A stretch of DNA of 64,000 bases, taken from Catajapyx aquilonaris. Lineage: Eukaryota. The position numbers and the translations under genes were made by a program. A model generated the notes under the pieces. It did no database searches. It worked only from the letters and a program-made list of their open reading frames with translations, and was not told where the DNA came from. The stretch spans positions 1 through 64,000 of the forward strand of contig KZ538097.1 of NCBI GenBank assembly GCA_000934665.2, in the 5' to 3' direction. Below, one piece after another: positions 10,436 through 23,706 of the stretch (position 1 is the first letter of the stretch; the number at the start of each line of letters is the position of its first letter).

Positions 10436-11447
10436 GACGTTCATCGGCGAGTCTTCTTCCTCTCGTGGTACTTCCACTGTTGTCCCTTTTTTTTCGAGGG
10501 TGCCGTTTCAGAGAAAGTTCAGGAACAGTATAGTCTCAGGACTCGTGGCTGCTCCACGCTGCTCGTATGCAGACTCGCGGTCCCCTAGGCTCGAACTCGA
10601 GACATCGATAGGTGTGCTGCAGATTGTATCCGGATTCAACGCCTCTTCGAACTTCTCTCCCTAAATGGGGGTTCAGAGTTCAGACAGAAACGCTGGGGAC
10701 GAAACGAACCGACGACGGTGGAGATGAACCCGCTCTCAGGACCAATCAGCGCCGAGCCGCTATGAGGGGCATTACAAAAACGGAGAAGTCGAACCAAACC
10801 AACTTTTGGCGAAACGCTGACGGTCTTGGTACTGTTTGGCCAATCACCAATCAAGTTAGAGGACTAATGTACAGTATACACTCAGTATTAAATTATTTTC
10901 AGTAATCTCGTTGCTCTCACCATTGAACACATTTAAATATTCCAGTACGAACTGCTACAATGATGATATTCTAGGCGAGATGTCTAGAGTCTATAGACCA
11001 ACTCAAGCAAGTGGTCGGAAAAATCATATGACGTAAGTATAATGTACCGGTATACTATTATTATTTCGAATTTTAGTGACAACAGTGAACGGGTTCATTA
11101 GACATACAGTATAACTACTATGCACAATATAGCGTACTAAAGCATGCATGAAGCATATAGTCTACTACCCTATACCTATGAAATTATTGTTGTTTTATCC
11201 TTAGTGTTAATATTTCATAGTCAGAATCAACAAGTATAAGATATAGAGTAGACGAGTATCGTGTGTCACGCCAGCTTACGTGCAGCTGATCTTGTAATGT
11301 AATCGATTTTCTTGATAGTGACAAACGAAGATATTCATCTTCCTACACAACTAGCGTATGTGTAGTTTTACGCATGTCGTAGTTGCACATACAGTGATGC
11401 TCCATTGTGTTGTGAGACAGTAACGCCTGTGAAAAATAGTGTCCAGG

Positions 11448-13052
11448 ATGGAAGTGTACGGTCGAATAACACCGTCGATAGGATACAAAACTGTTACTTC
11501 TGATCGGATTATGTCGATATACGACTCATTTTGCCCCCTTGGTGTTTTGGGGAAAATTGTGGGGATTTTCCCAGCCGGCAATATTTTCCGAGGACGTTAT
11601 ACTCTCCAAAAGTGGATTTTAATCACCTATCCTACTGTTTTTATTCTGAAGTTCGTAATGCTGTACAATTTCAAACCAACATTTCTGGAGGGAAAATTCA
11701 GCCATAAAGACACTGTAGATATAGCAGATATGTTGGAGTACTTAAACTTTAATTTCTGTGCTACTGTCCAATTCATAATTTCCGTTGCAAAATTTAAGCA
11801 AATAAGCAACTTGTTTTGTAAATTGGACACATACGATGCTCTGACAGGGGGAGATGTCAACGAGAAAATGTGGAAGTGGGCTGCATGGTTGGTTGTAGTG
11901 TTGCTATCGGACGGTGCACTGCTGAGCCTGTTGTTCGGGTATTTTGTCGCCATAGGAGATGAAAGTCTACAGTGGTTTGACATAGTGCACGCTTTTATAG
12001 CATTATATATGGAAATATGTATTTTATGGGCACCTGTGAATGTATTGTTTCTGACAATTTCCATCCGCATGAGATTTGCGCGCGTGTCCGACAGTATCTT
12101 GAATCTGATCAAGGAAATGAATTGCGTCATGGCTCCTTCCAAGTCACGTTTGTCACCAACTGCTGTCGCCCAACGCGTAGGAAAAATATCTTGTGTATCC
12201 CAATCCATGATCAAAACTGTAGCACCAAAACATTTTGAAGAAAATGCCAAAGAAGAAATGAGGAATTTGATGGCGTCGTATGAAGAACTGTGCTATTTTG
12301 TGCCGACTATGAACTCCGCCTTTGATTACTCACTGACTCTCGGGTATTTCCTGATTTTTGCAGAAATTGTTCTGAAATGTGCATGTGTGCTCTTTTCCAC
12401 CGTGATTTTGAACATATTCAGACTGGTTTACGTTTTGACCAGGATAGTTCAAGTTGTGCCATTTACATTTCTCGTGGATAATATTTGTGCGGAGGTTAGT
12501 CAAACTGCATATGTTGCGCGGGTTCTGCATAGTGCTTTAGGTTTAGGTAGTGCAAAGGTTGTTGCTCCGTCCAATTTGACGATGCCGCTAGCTGGAGATC
12601 GAAAGAGTTGATGGATTGATCATCTTTGGAGATGCAAACAAAGTCGGCACCAATAAAGTGTGACCCAAACTTTGTATGAATTGTAGAATTCAGACGAGGA
12701 ATGTCTCATTCATCAACTCTCCCGCAGCTGGAAGTCTCGTCAACTTGGGCAGAAGAACACCCTGTAAATCTCGGCAACGGATTTGTAACCATTGTATTTT
12801 AATTTACAGGCTGTTAGAATTCTCCCTGAACTTCGACGAAGAGTAATTATGCCTATGATTCCGGAGTGCCGAGCTCAGGTATGAATGAAAATACAAACTG
12901 TCTGATTTAAGGATAGTGCTTTTGTATTTTTAAAGTGAATGCCATTTTTACTTGTTTTTAAGGTTGAAGATTTAATTCAAAGGATGGCTAAGGGCCCGGT
13001 TTGCATTACAGCCGCGGATTTCTTTCAAGTCAACCGCAGCTTAATAACATCA
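11448..13052 (+). CDS. Gustatory receptor (7tm_7 chemoreceptor) 1; last exon uncertain
   Basis: Exons 11448-12494 (349 codons, multiple TM segments), 12810-12878 (AVRILPELRRRVIMPMIPECRAQ), 12963-13052 (VEDLIQRMAKGPVCITAADFFQVNRSLITS). All phase-0 GT-AG introns; exon 2/3 sizes (69/90 bp) equal those of the neighbour. No canonical TYxxxxxQF exon found before the next gene; best candidate IFGTI at 14498. Confidence 0.85.
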
Positions 13053-14959
13053 GTGAGTATGAGTCATCATCCGTTTATACACGTGATCATGAGTACGGTA
13101 ACACCTTTTAGATGATTATAAAATTTTATAATTATATGACTCGTATTTTTACTTAGATGATCGGAGCTATAACTACATATCTCATCATCCTGGCTCAGTT
13201 CAAAGGCGCTGAATTCAGCTGCGAAACAGGAAATTCTACACAACATGGGTGAAGACTCATCTCTTGAGAGAAACCCACAGTGAAAGACTTGTAAATTTTC
13301 ACAAATGAAAAATGTATACACGCTTTAAAAATCTAGTCCTCTTCACGAAAAGATTTTTTTGATTACACTAGTTTGTTTCCGTCATGTTTTAAGACACATT
13401 TCTTATGCCCAAGACATGTAAGAATGTGTGTATACAACATATCAAAAGAATGACTTGGCGACAAAGAAATTACATTTAACATAGATACCGGTACTTGTAC
13501 TTGTATGATGTGTAGATTATGTTCGGAGTGTTTTATGACGGTGATGTGGGATTAGCCCACAGCAATATGACTTGTCATTGTCATTAAAACAAGCCGTTAT
13601 CTCCGGTTATTTTTGGGTTAACTCTCTTCAAGGGTGACGTGTTGAAACTGACTAGAATGAAGGCCTTTGATTATTACTGCATTATTCATCATGGAAATTT
13701 GAGTAATTTAATGGGATAAGTAATACGGGAATTACAGACATAAACAGTGTCTCCACAAGGTAAATCGGTTATAATGACAATATTGTTTAAAAATCAATTA
13801 TACAGAAAATTTATATCTAAACAAATATACCGGTACTCATTCTTAGCAGAGTACACAAGTTAATGTAGGAAAAATGGTAGAACTCTTCAAAAAGTTAGAC
13901 ATGGTTGATGGAACGAGGTGCTCTTGGTTCGTTCAGCAGTGGCAGTTCGGCGACGTATAAGTTTTGTGCTATAATAGTCTATATTTGAGTGTGCAAGATT
14001 TATTCAGGATGTGCTACATATTTTGTACTTTATACCGGATTATTACGTTCAGGTTAGAAAGAAATGCGTCATATAGCAGAAAAGGTTTTGGTCAAACGTA
14101 TCTTGGTCAGAGTCACTGTCAGAGTCCTGGTTATATCAAACGATGAGCACTTGGGCAAGGTGAAAGTTTTATTTTCGCCTCCAACCTTCACCTTGCCATG
14201 GTGCTGCTGGTTGTGTAGGACCACGATGCGTTCGTCGAAACTGTTTTTGAGATGCGTAATGTATACTAAGTTACTGTGCAGTACATGTAGCCTCACCTTT
14301 ATTGTAATTACTGTAATGTCTTAATATTATGCCTTTCACTTATGCAGCTGAAACGATTTATTAGGAGAACAGCAAATCAGTCAATGTATTCGTAGATGGA
14401 ACCTGCTGTTTTGTTATTTTGCATAAATCAGTCTGCTGAGTAATATTCAACTATAACTTACTTTTTCGGATGATATTAAAATTATTGTTCATTTCAGATT
14501 TTTGGCACCATTTATTTTTTGTACGGGTGTTACGGTACTCACACGTGCAATAGGCAATGGCCTTTTATGAAGCACTCTCATTTTCTCTGCTTAGATCTCT
14601 ATGCAAACACATTGCATTATCAATACTATAATGATTTCTTGCCTCAAAAGGAAAGGTACAGGACACTATTTCCTATAGGCTATAACCTATAAGCATTACG
14701 TAAAATGTCACAGCAAGTGTTGTGCGAGGAACATCCTTCTAAATTATATAAGTACTATTAACTATTCCTTGTCACTGGTCGTGGAAGTTTATGACAATGA
14801 TAGCTTCAATAAACCACTTGTTTCTCTTTTTAATGACCTCTTGCAGGTGGGTTAGACATAGTGTGTAGGGTGTGTAGTGAATATATACGTAGGTATCACT
14901 ATCGATTGGCATGTATACTTGACACGGAAATCTGTGGGAGACATTAGTCAGTGTGAAGT

Positions 14960-16416
14960 ATGAAGGTTGTTAAGGTGTACCCTAGTGAGTCTCTCCCAAA
15001 CAATCGTAGGAATAGCCGGGATGGAGGGTCTTTGTATGGGTCATTTAGACCAGTCGCTATATTGTCCAAATGCCTCGGGTATTTTCCAGTGAATAATGTT
15101 GTCAGTGGACCATACACTGTGAATTATGCCTTTTCCATCATATTCCCAACTATGTTCGTGGTGAAGATGGTGCTACTAGTTATTTTTGATTATGAATACC
15201 TTCGTAAGCGATACAGCCACAGGGATATTCTTGACATTGCTGACATGTTGGAATATTTCAACACAATAATTGCACCTTGGGTCCAATACCTTTTCGTCCT
15301 GGTAAAGTTTAAATCTATTGTGAAGCTATTTCAACGCTTTGACCAATATGACAAAAATGTTGTGTTCATCACCCAGAGCAGGCATCATTTTGTTCGCACA
15401 GTTTTAATAATTTCAGTGGTGTTTGTAAATGGACTATTTTCTACTCTGTTATATTATCTTTTGGACCCGAATGCTGCCAAATCAGAGACTGATTGGTATG
15501 AAATTGTGGGGAATATATTGAACGGTTATATCGAGGCTTGCACTATTATAACACCGTTGCAGGCATTATTTCTATGTGGTGCAGCTCGCCTGAGATTTGC
15601 CGACGTAAATGAAAGAGTGGAAAAGGTCATCGAAATACTATGTGGCGAATCAAGTGAACAGTCCAAGGGTGGCACAAGTGTAGACATTACGACGGATTAC
15701 GCCAAAAAAGTGATCCTGAAACTATATTCTTCCTACACTGAACTCCATGATATATTTCTGGGCGTTTCCGATGCTTATGGCTTCACCCTTGCTCACTTTT
15801 ACTTCTTTTTAATACTTGAAATTGTTACTAATCTTTCTCGAGTCCTGCTAGTTCTGAATGGGAATGACACATTATTAGAGGCCATGTCCAGAATTGTTTC
15901 GCTTCTTGTGTTTACATTATTGATGGATCTGGAATGTAGAGAGGTCAGTATGCTTTCTGTTAATTTTTGCTATGTTTGTCTCAAAATCCTACGTTCTGGT
16001 ATGTTTTAGGCAACGAGAGTTGTACCGCAACTGCGCCGAGTAGCTTTGATGGCTCCATCCCCTGGTATTCGAGATCAGGTCTGATACATGTACGATATCT
16101 GAGTGTATATATTTAGCATATATTAATTTATTTGTTTGGTTTCGTGACAGATGAAAAGATTTGCCCAGACAATGGAGGAGCAACCAGTACAGATGGTCGC
16201 TGCTGGATTCTTTCACATTAATCGAAGCCTGCTGACAGCTGTGAGCATGATGGATGGATATGTGCCCAGCACATATTCACCCACTAATAATTGTAAGCAT
16301 TAATTAATTGAAGATATTCAACGGATTTTCTTGTTTATTAGGTTCTGGGTGCTGTCTGTACATACCTGGTGGTCATCGCACAATTTCAGATAGCCGAAAA
16401 ACAATGCGGAGGGTAG
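14960..16416 (+). CDS. Gustatory receptor (7tm_7 chemoreceptor) 2, 405 aa
   Basis: Exons 14960-15943, 16010-16078, 16151-16240 (...AAGFFHINRSLLTA), 16342-16416 (VLGAVCTYLVVIAQFQIAEKQCGG*). Three phase-0 GT-AG introns near the C-terminus and the TYLVVIAQF signature typical of arthropod GRs. Confidence 0.95.
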
Positions 16417-16819
16417 TAAAGTGAGGTCACCTTGTCATCGTAATTCCTATAGATCTCTGCGTTGCATCGACGCAATAACTTAACTGTCATTGTGTTTGTT
16501 TACAATATTATGATTGAATCGAATTTAGCACATCAAGGCGTTTAATGTGTCGTTCTTTCGTGCAGATTGCCCAGACGAGTTTCTCGGAAATAAACGATTG
16601 TTACGGACAAAAGCGTTATTAATTTTGATGCGATTTCGACGAACTGCTACCTGTTGATGGAACAAAACGTGTAATGGTCATGTTGTCATTTCAATGGGGC
16701 AGGCAAAAACCTTAATTATTGCTTAAGTGCGATATATCTACTTCATAAGTGAGTCATCATAGGAACTTCAGTACATTGCTATGAGAATATTTTTTCCAGA
16801 GAGTCCTCTCCCTTTAAAT

Positions 16820-17360
16820 CAGTGCTTCCCAATTTCTTTCGTTGGCGACCCCAAAAAATCGTCTTGTAAAATTTGCGACCCCCCTATACGTGCATATTTC
16901 GATCCGCCAACATGAAAAGACAGGTAAACAGTGAAATGACCTTACCTTATAGTCATGATTTTCAAGGAAAATAACGGAAACAGGTTGGCATAGTGGATAA
17001 GGCGTCCGACTGCTAATCGGGAGGTCCTGGGTTCGAATCCCGGGACCGGCAACTCTGACCGTGGTTTTCTGTGGTTTCCTACGGTCCTTCCAGGGAAATT
17101 CCGGAGTTGCTTCCGTAATTAATAGGCCACAGCCGCTTCCTTCCGTCCCTATCCTATCCCAAAGAGCACAGTAAAATGAAAAGTAAAAGAGTTCCAGGCA
17201 AAACAAACTTCCCCCCTAAAGAGCCGATGGCTGATAACGGGGTATGAATTGTTATTATTATTATTATTTTCAAAGAAGATAGCATCATTTTGTGAAAATA
17301 ATTTGTTACCCTCCCTCGCGACCCCAAATGGGGTCGCGACCCACAATTTGGAAAGCACCA
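16820..17360. mobile_element. hAT-like MITE interrupted by a SINE
   Basis: Left end CAGTGCTTCCCAA, right end TTGGAAAGCAC(ca), with subterminal GCGACCC repeats typical of hAT/Charlie-type elements. 8-bp TSD not preserved. Confidence 0.65.
16975..17265 (+). mobile_element. tRNA-derived SINE, copy 1
   Basis: A box TGGCATAGTGG, B box GGTTCGAATCCC, anticodon-like arm TCCGA-CTGCTAA-TCGGG, (ATT)n tail. Degenerate TSD ATTTTCAAGGAAAATAAC / ATTTTCAAAGAAGATAGC. Close copies at 50266 and 52929. Confidence 0.92.
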
Positions 17361-18079
17361 TAATTACGGTATAATACCGTTGTTACCAGACCTCGTTAGG
17401 ATATGAGGAATCAGCGAGACATTAATTTTATTTCTCGCGTTAATGAAATTCAATGGAACGAGAAAATAGGGCATGTGAACAAAGTGCATTCAGAACCAGT
17501 ATTTTTTAATGGCTTCAAGAGCATATTACTATAGTAGCTTTCAATGTACCAGGTGTAATACCTATGGCCATATGGGCCTTTTAGACCATTTTTTTCTTAT
17601 TTGCACCAGATTGATCGGTGGAGACAGATTGTAAGTTTACTAGTGCGAGGGCTCAGCATCGAATATTAAGTCTGCAAAGTTTCCGGCGTCACAGGGCGGT
17701 ATAGGGGGGTATGGTAAGTGCAACAACTAAGACTTCACATCAAGCATACATCCTCCTAATACGAAGACTTGCAAAATGCATTTTGACTGGGAGAGACCGG
17801 AGGGAACTGGGTATATCCATGTTATCAACCTAGGATATGTACAGACACTGAATTTCACGATGTGTTGCTGTCGAACTGCAGCAAACATTGTTGTCACAGG
17901 TAGGAAAACCAATGTGATAAGACCAATCACACATATTCTAAGTGCATGAGAAAATTTATTTATTTTTAATTTAATTTTTATATTATACCGCATTCGAAGG
18001 CCTATGTCCTTTTTAGTGGGACACACTCTGATGAATGTACGTAAAGTAAGTACAGTATGTAAATAAAAAATATGTTTTG

Positions 18080-18801
18080 ATAGGTTACATAAGAGAAGGA
18101 AGATTTTATCTGAGGGGTAGTGGGGGTAGGGATTGGAGGTATGCTTGGCGGGAAACATCGAAAAAGGGGGCAATCAAATAGTAGGCCTATACTACTTGAT
18201 GGAAAAGGTTCAAGGAGGAGTGGGAGTTGCACCAGTCACAGACAATTTCATCCGATACTTTGATAAAAACCCAATTTTTTTACTGGAATATAAGACGAAA
18301 AATTTCTGAGATTCGATAACAGTCGTAAGTGGTAGAAACGGAGTCCTAGGGTACTGTTCCTGTGCAAATATATTGTAGGATTTGTAATATTGATAGCGGT
18401 GGGTAAGGTTTAGTTGAGAAAGTAGCTGATTTTTAAACTTATTTTCTGCTGTTTTTATGTAGAGGAAAATGGGATGAGATGTTGTCCCATTCAATATCTA
18501 ATGAAGTAAACAGGTTTTTACAGGGTTATGACCCAATATATTGTCGTTATTACGATCCAAGAGTTTGGGATGATTTCTTTGAGTAGTCATAAGCTAATTT
18601 GGTTAAACTGTTAGTGGGGAGATTTTCTAATTTGAATATGCATTTGGCGGTAAGGCGAAATAAACCAGTTTCAAGGTGCACAAAGTAGGAGGCAGTAGAT
18701 TTAGGGAGATTAAGGATCTGTGAGTTAAATAGTTTCAGAGCAGTTTTAAGATCACACACTGCATGAGAAAATATAGTCCAATCTTTTAATTGGGAGACCA
18801 A
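18080..18801 (-). mobile_element. Degenerate LINE ORF2 C-terminal fragment
   Basis: ILNLPKSTASYFVHLETG...LENLPTNSLTKLAY resembles the post-RT region of LINEs. Heavily frameshifted and A/C-rich on the minus strand; boundaries approximate. Confidence 0.55.
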
Positions 18802-20069
18802 ACCACCATGCTTAGTTGCTTACAATAAAATAATAATAAGTCATAATGCTGTAGAAGTACAGATGTGTAGAGGCCAATTTTATTTCTACCTCATTTGCAA
18901 ACAAAAGGTTAGGCATTCTGAAGGTGTATGCGATGTCAGAGATGAAAAAAAGGGGAGGTTGACAGGCAATAGCAAGTCATGTTTTTTGCAGCTGTTGATG
19001 TTTTTGTCATGTTGGTGAGATTGAACGTTTGGTTGCTGAGGTTAATGCTTTTTATGCTTTTTATTTTTATATGAATGGTGATGTTATGTGGTGTTGGTTT
19101 AGTGTTGCTGGTTTTGACGTAGTGTTGTGGTGTCGGTGTTGTACAGTACTAGTACTACTGACAATGTTGTGGGGCTGCTTGTAGTAATATTGACAGTTTC
19201 GCTGTTTGATTACTGATGTTTGCTGTGTATGAGATTGTTAATCATTTGTGAATAAGGTGTGATTGTTATGTATGTATTGTGAAGTTTTTTATTTATTTAA
19301 ATGTTATCGTTTTTTTTGTTGTGTATGTAGTGATGGTCGACCAAGTCGGCTGCGATAGGGAAAATAAAGATAGAGAAGAAAAGAAGGGAAAATCGCCTAC
19401 CAATAGGTTTAATATGGGTTGAAGAAGGAAATAAACTCAAATTTCTCAGACTACAACGCTTGGACTTCTCGGAGTTTGTGAATATACATACTCCAGTAGT
19501 GTTTCGCTACGTAAAATAGATCGGATTTGACTTGATAAATATTACACTGATTTTTTGTGTGAATTTGAAGTACTGTATCATGCAAATTTGAACCCACAGG
19601 CAACGTGATGAATCTCTCTCGTGATTAGTATTATAAATTGAACCATGTGTGGCGTGTCGGGGCAAAATTACCGTTTTTGTACACATGCCATTGTATATGG
19701 AGCTACTCACTCCATTTGCTTCTTTATACGTCCACTGTGGTGGTTCCATGGCAGTATACCTATCCCCGCGAAACTTTGTGTGTTGTTGACTCCCCAACCA
19801 CGTGATGGGTCACATCGGAATGCACTATCAAGCACAATATGTCCGGTAGTGGCATTTTGGGTATTTCCACACTTCCGCTGAATATATTTAACTGCTTTGT
19901 GATGGAATTCACATCTTTAAAATAGCCTAACATCTTATGAGCCATGTGAATAGTTGTAATGTATATTGGCAGCTTCCGAGAATCCAAGCGTTACTGTTAC
20001 ACTATATTGTCATGCAATTAGAGAGATTCATTGAATTAAAATCCCGACAAATTCTTGCTGTTGAGATCC

Positions 20070-23000
20070 CTAATCAAAGACGACCAAAATTTCTTCGAGT
20101 GGCTTTCTCTTGAGGTCTGGCACAGTGGCTCCAGCAGCTGGATATCCCACTGGAAGCAGAAGCAGCAGCTTTTCATTAGCAGGACGGCCAAATACAGTGC
20201 GCAGAGCAGGGCCGCAGTTCATTGGAGTGCTGGTAAGACTCACCAATCCAGCATTCTGTAATCAGGAGATGGTCGGTAATAATGGTGCAGTAACTTCGAA
20301 TTTTAGTATATTTATGGGAAAGGATTGCAATAACTGATTATTATATCAAAGAGGCCTCCTTTTCATAACTTCTGGTATTAATCATAATTATACAGGTGAT
20401 GTTTTACTATTTTGGTTTGGATCGACAATTATTATTGACGACTTATAATTGCATGGCCCTTTGTGGCCTTTGATATAGTTCTAAGTTTAAGTAACTTATA
20501 TATTACAGAAAAATAAAGCTCTTTGATAACTATGAATTTTTGGACTGACAATATAGCATTGATCGTAGGAAAAAAAAGACAATAATACAGGTGTGGAGCA
20601 CTCAACACGTACCGGAAATTTGAAACGTCTGTACAGTACATTACAGGCCTACAAGGTATTGCAATGAACAATTCAACCTAAGGGAAGGACCCCAGGAGAT
20701 ACTTAGAAGCAACAGTCACGACAAGTAATTGTGGTCCTGACTGTTGCTATTAACATGCGGTTTCCCGTTAAGCTGAGTGTTGGCGTAAACAGTCAATAAT
20801 CCCCCCTCCCCCCCCCTCCCCCGCCCTTTCTCCCTCTTGTGAACGTGTGGATTGTGGACTTGGGCAATGCACCAACCCGTATACTGTAGGTGTTTATACA
20901 TGGTGTTTCTTGCTGGTGGAACATCTGCCCACCAGAGTAATCGTTGACCCAATGCAAAGATGAAAATGTATGGATGACGGATGGAGAATATCGAGACACG
21001 AACCCATGACTACATGGACGATAAGGACAATAATTTTCTTGCAGCGAGACACATCGGCATCATACTATACATTACACATTTTGTAGGGAGCTCTGTAGGC
21101 AGAGTGACCTGTGCATCTGCAGTGGTTGCCTAGGGGTCAGGATATGAGTGTGATAATAATGAATACTGCAAATGAGGTGCCCTCGCCATTCCCATCAATA
21201 ACAATCGGTCACACATGTGTCCATATCCATTGGCAACAGTAACTGGTAAGCGGTACAATCTGCCTGCCGATCTCTCTATAAATAGTGTAATGTATGTTGC
21301 TCGATGTGTCTAGGGGAAGGCAAATGTTTCCCGTCGTATACTGTAAGCTGTTATCGGTTGACCCCTCAACATTTCTCACCCCTACATTTTGCACTTGTTT
21401 TAGCAAGTGTTTTAGGCCAACGAGTAAGCTGCCGACCAGATAACATACTAGTAAGAATCACCCTGCATTAATAAATATTGAACTTGTTTTTTGAACCTTT
21501 GGCATACCTTACACATACATGGTGTTTTGTAACACTGCATACCGACAAACCTAAAGAGTTGCATTCCTGGGCCCCAGATGATAATTTTATCTAGAGGTAT
21601 CATTTGTTCTGCATAGCATGGGTCAGTGGCATGGGTACTTAATTATTATCATTTATAACTTCTTTTTTTGCTGAGATATGGCCCGCCACACTTCCATTGT
21701 ATGAGCGACCGAAAGCGACATCTGATTCGCTGGAAGTTTAAAATGTAGAACCTCTTTTAAATGAAGAAAACCAAAATTATTTGCTGGGTGGGACGCATAC
21801 CTCTCAGGATTTTTTATGCCTGTATTTGGAGCCCATTATCTCAGTAACCATATTGCCGAGACCGAATGATATCTTTGCATTAAATTATACTCTGCATAAA
21901 ATAATAATTATTTTATACAATTATTGAATGAAGATAAAATTTCTTGTCAGGTCTATGCTTCCCAGTTATATTCAAGCGGCGTTTTTCCATGCAGTTTTAT
22001 TTGAAAGTGCGAATTCATTAGGTGGTGTAGCTGCATGCCGCCCAATGTAACTGGCGCATTGGCTCTGTGCAAAAGTAGTACTTTCTCTTAACGATTATTT
22101 TAGTAAGTAGACTTCGTAGAACAAATGACACCTCTACATAAAATTACCATCTGCTGGGACCAATAATGCAAACCTACCAGTTTTCGGAATTATGACAAAA
22201 CATACCAGTATAATTATGGGCTAGATTGTTTTCACTGCTAAACAGTGTGTTAAAAAGTATGCTATCAATAGTGTTGTAAATGGATGTAACGTTTCTCTCC
22301 TTTACATAATGCAAGTATAATTCATAAGATTAACCTTTTTACTATTAAAAATTCTATCCTCGCACATCAGGTTTACTTCACTACACCTAGGCACACTTGT
22401 TTACATTATGCAAATAAGGCATGAATAATGCATACGTGTATAGCAGCCAGCAAGAGTCCCGTTGCAATGGATGTGCTGATCTCATTGTAATAATGATTCT
22501 TTTTGGTTCCATTTGGATTCATACCATACACTTGCTTGAAGACAAGGATGATGTAAGGAGCATCAGTGAGATATTCTTTCACCCAGTCAGTCTTCAAAGG
22601 TCGCACATCAGTAGTCCATTGAGCACCTGCCAAAAGATCAGCTTGATATTTGTGATGCAATTCGCGCTATTACATCTTACCCATCCGTTTCTTGTAATTG
22701 ATTTCTTCTTCATCCTCTATAATCTCGCGGATTCGAGCCTTGTAATCGCTATTTGAAACCAATACAAATGTCCATGGCTCTGTGTGGCTTCCACTTGGGC
22801 CAGTTCCTGTAAATATAAAAGTGTTTTAAAACTGACCTGTAATACTATATTATTTACCCTCTTATCAATGGAGACCTGCAGTAAGAATGATGTTGTCAAT
22901 AACTTTCCGCGGTACAGGGTCTGTACTGTAAAACCGCAATGTGCGACGTCCATTGATGTGTTTGTAGAACTCGTAGGACCGTTTCACCATTTCCTCTTCT

Positions 23001-23706
23001 GGTAAGCGCTTGAACTCAAACGGTACATGTTTCAGGTCCGATGGAAGAGAGCTAGTGAATTCGCTGGAATCGAATTCTTCATCGCTGTCATTCTCTTTCA
23101 CCTCTCCCTCTGTAAAGTAATTAATATCCCAGGCCTTGATTACAATGAAATGAACCTTGCAGGCAGGTGGTGTCAGATCATTGGGGGGGAAACATCGCCA
23201 GGTAGATAAAAACAGCTATTTGTATAGTTATTATCACTCAGATCATTTTTGTGCAAGCGAGATATCGACGGATGTATTAATGCAATGATTCCAAGGACAA
23301 CATCATGCACTATAAGCACTGCCATTATTAATATTCTGACGTACATTTATAACAAACGTTTAATCACTTAGGCATACTTCTGAGGAAAGACAGATAAAAT
23401 ACTGTTGATTATTAAATTGAAAATTGGGCTTTATAGTCGAGTACTGTAACTACATTATAGCTTGATTGTTTTTCACAAAACACTTGCCAGTATGGCATTT
23501 AACGATACGTAATACTCACCTTTGTCCGGACTGAGGTACTTCTTACGCCCACTGCTAGAATTTGCATTTTCGGTCCTCTTGGCAGCCTCAGATTTGTTCA
23601 AACTTTTCCTAGTCGTGTAGTACAGAGCAAAAAAGTAGCACGCTGCCAGTAGACACACTTGTGGCCAATAATTCGCGATGAATGGTATGTACGAGAACAC
23701 AGACAT
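20070..23706 (-). CDS. IYD: Iodotyrosine deiodinase (nitroreductase-fold flavoprotein), 307 aa
   Basis: Exons (minus) 23706-23520, 23109-22876, 22806-22681, 22626-22436, 20255-20070; all GT-AG and phase-consistent, total 924 nt. Motifs [77 protein letters not shown]-terminal hydrophobic anchor. Confidence 0.96.

Noticed and set aside
11627..12250. 207-aa minus-strand ORF
   Set aside because: Antisense shadow of GR1 exon 1.
12495..12611. C-terminal tail of the 390-aa ORF as coding
   Set aside because: Read-through past the donor at 12494 into the intron, which seems to hold a very decayed MITE (~12553-12764).
16978..17050. tRNA-Ser(GCT) gene
   Set aside because: No acceptor stem or long variable arm; it continues into a repeated SINE body with tail and TSD.
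19395..19452. Penelope-like RT fragment (EEGNKLKFL)
   Set aside because: Too short and needs frameshifts; cannot be supported without a search.
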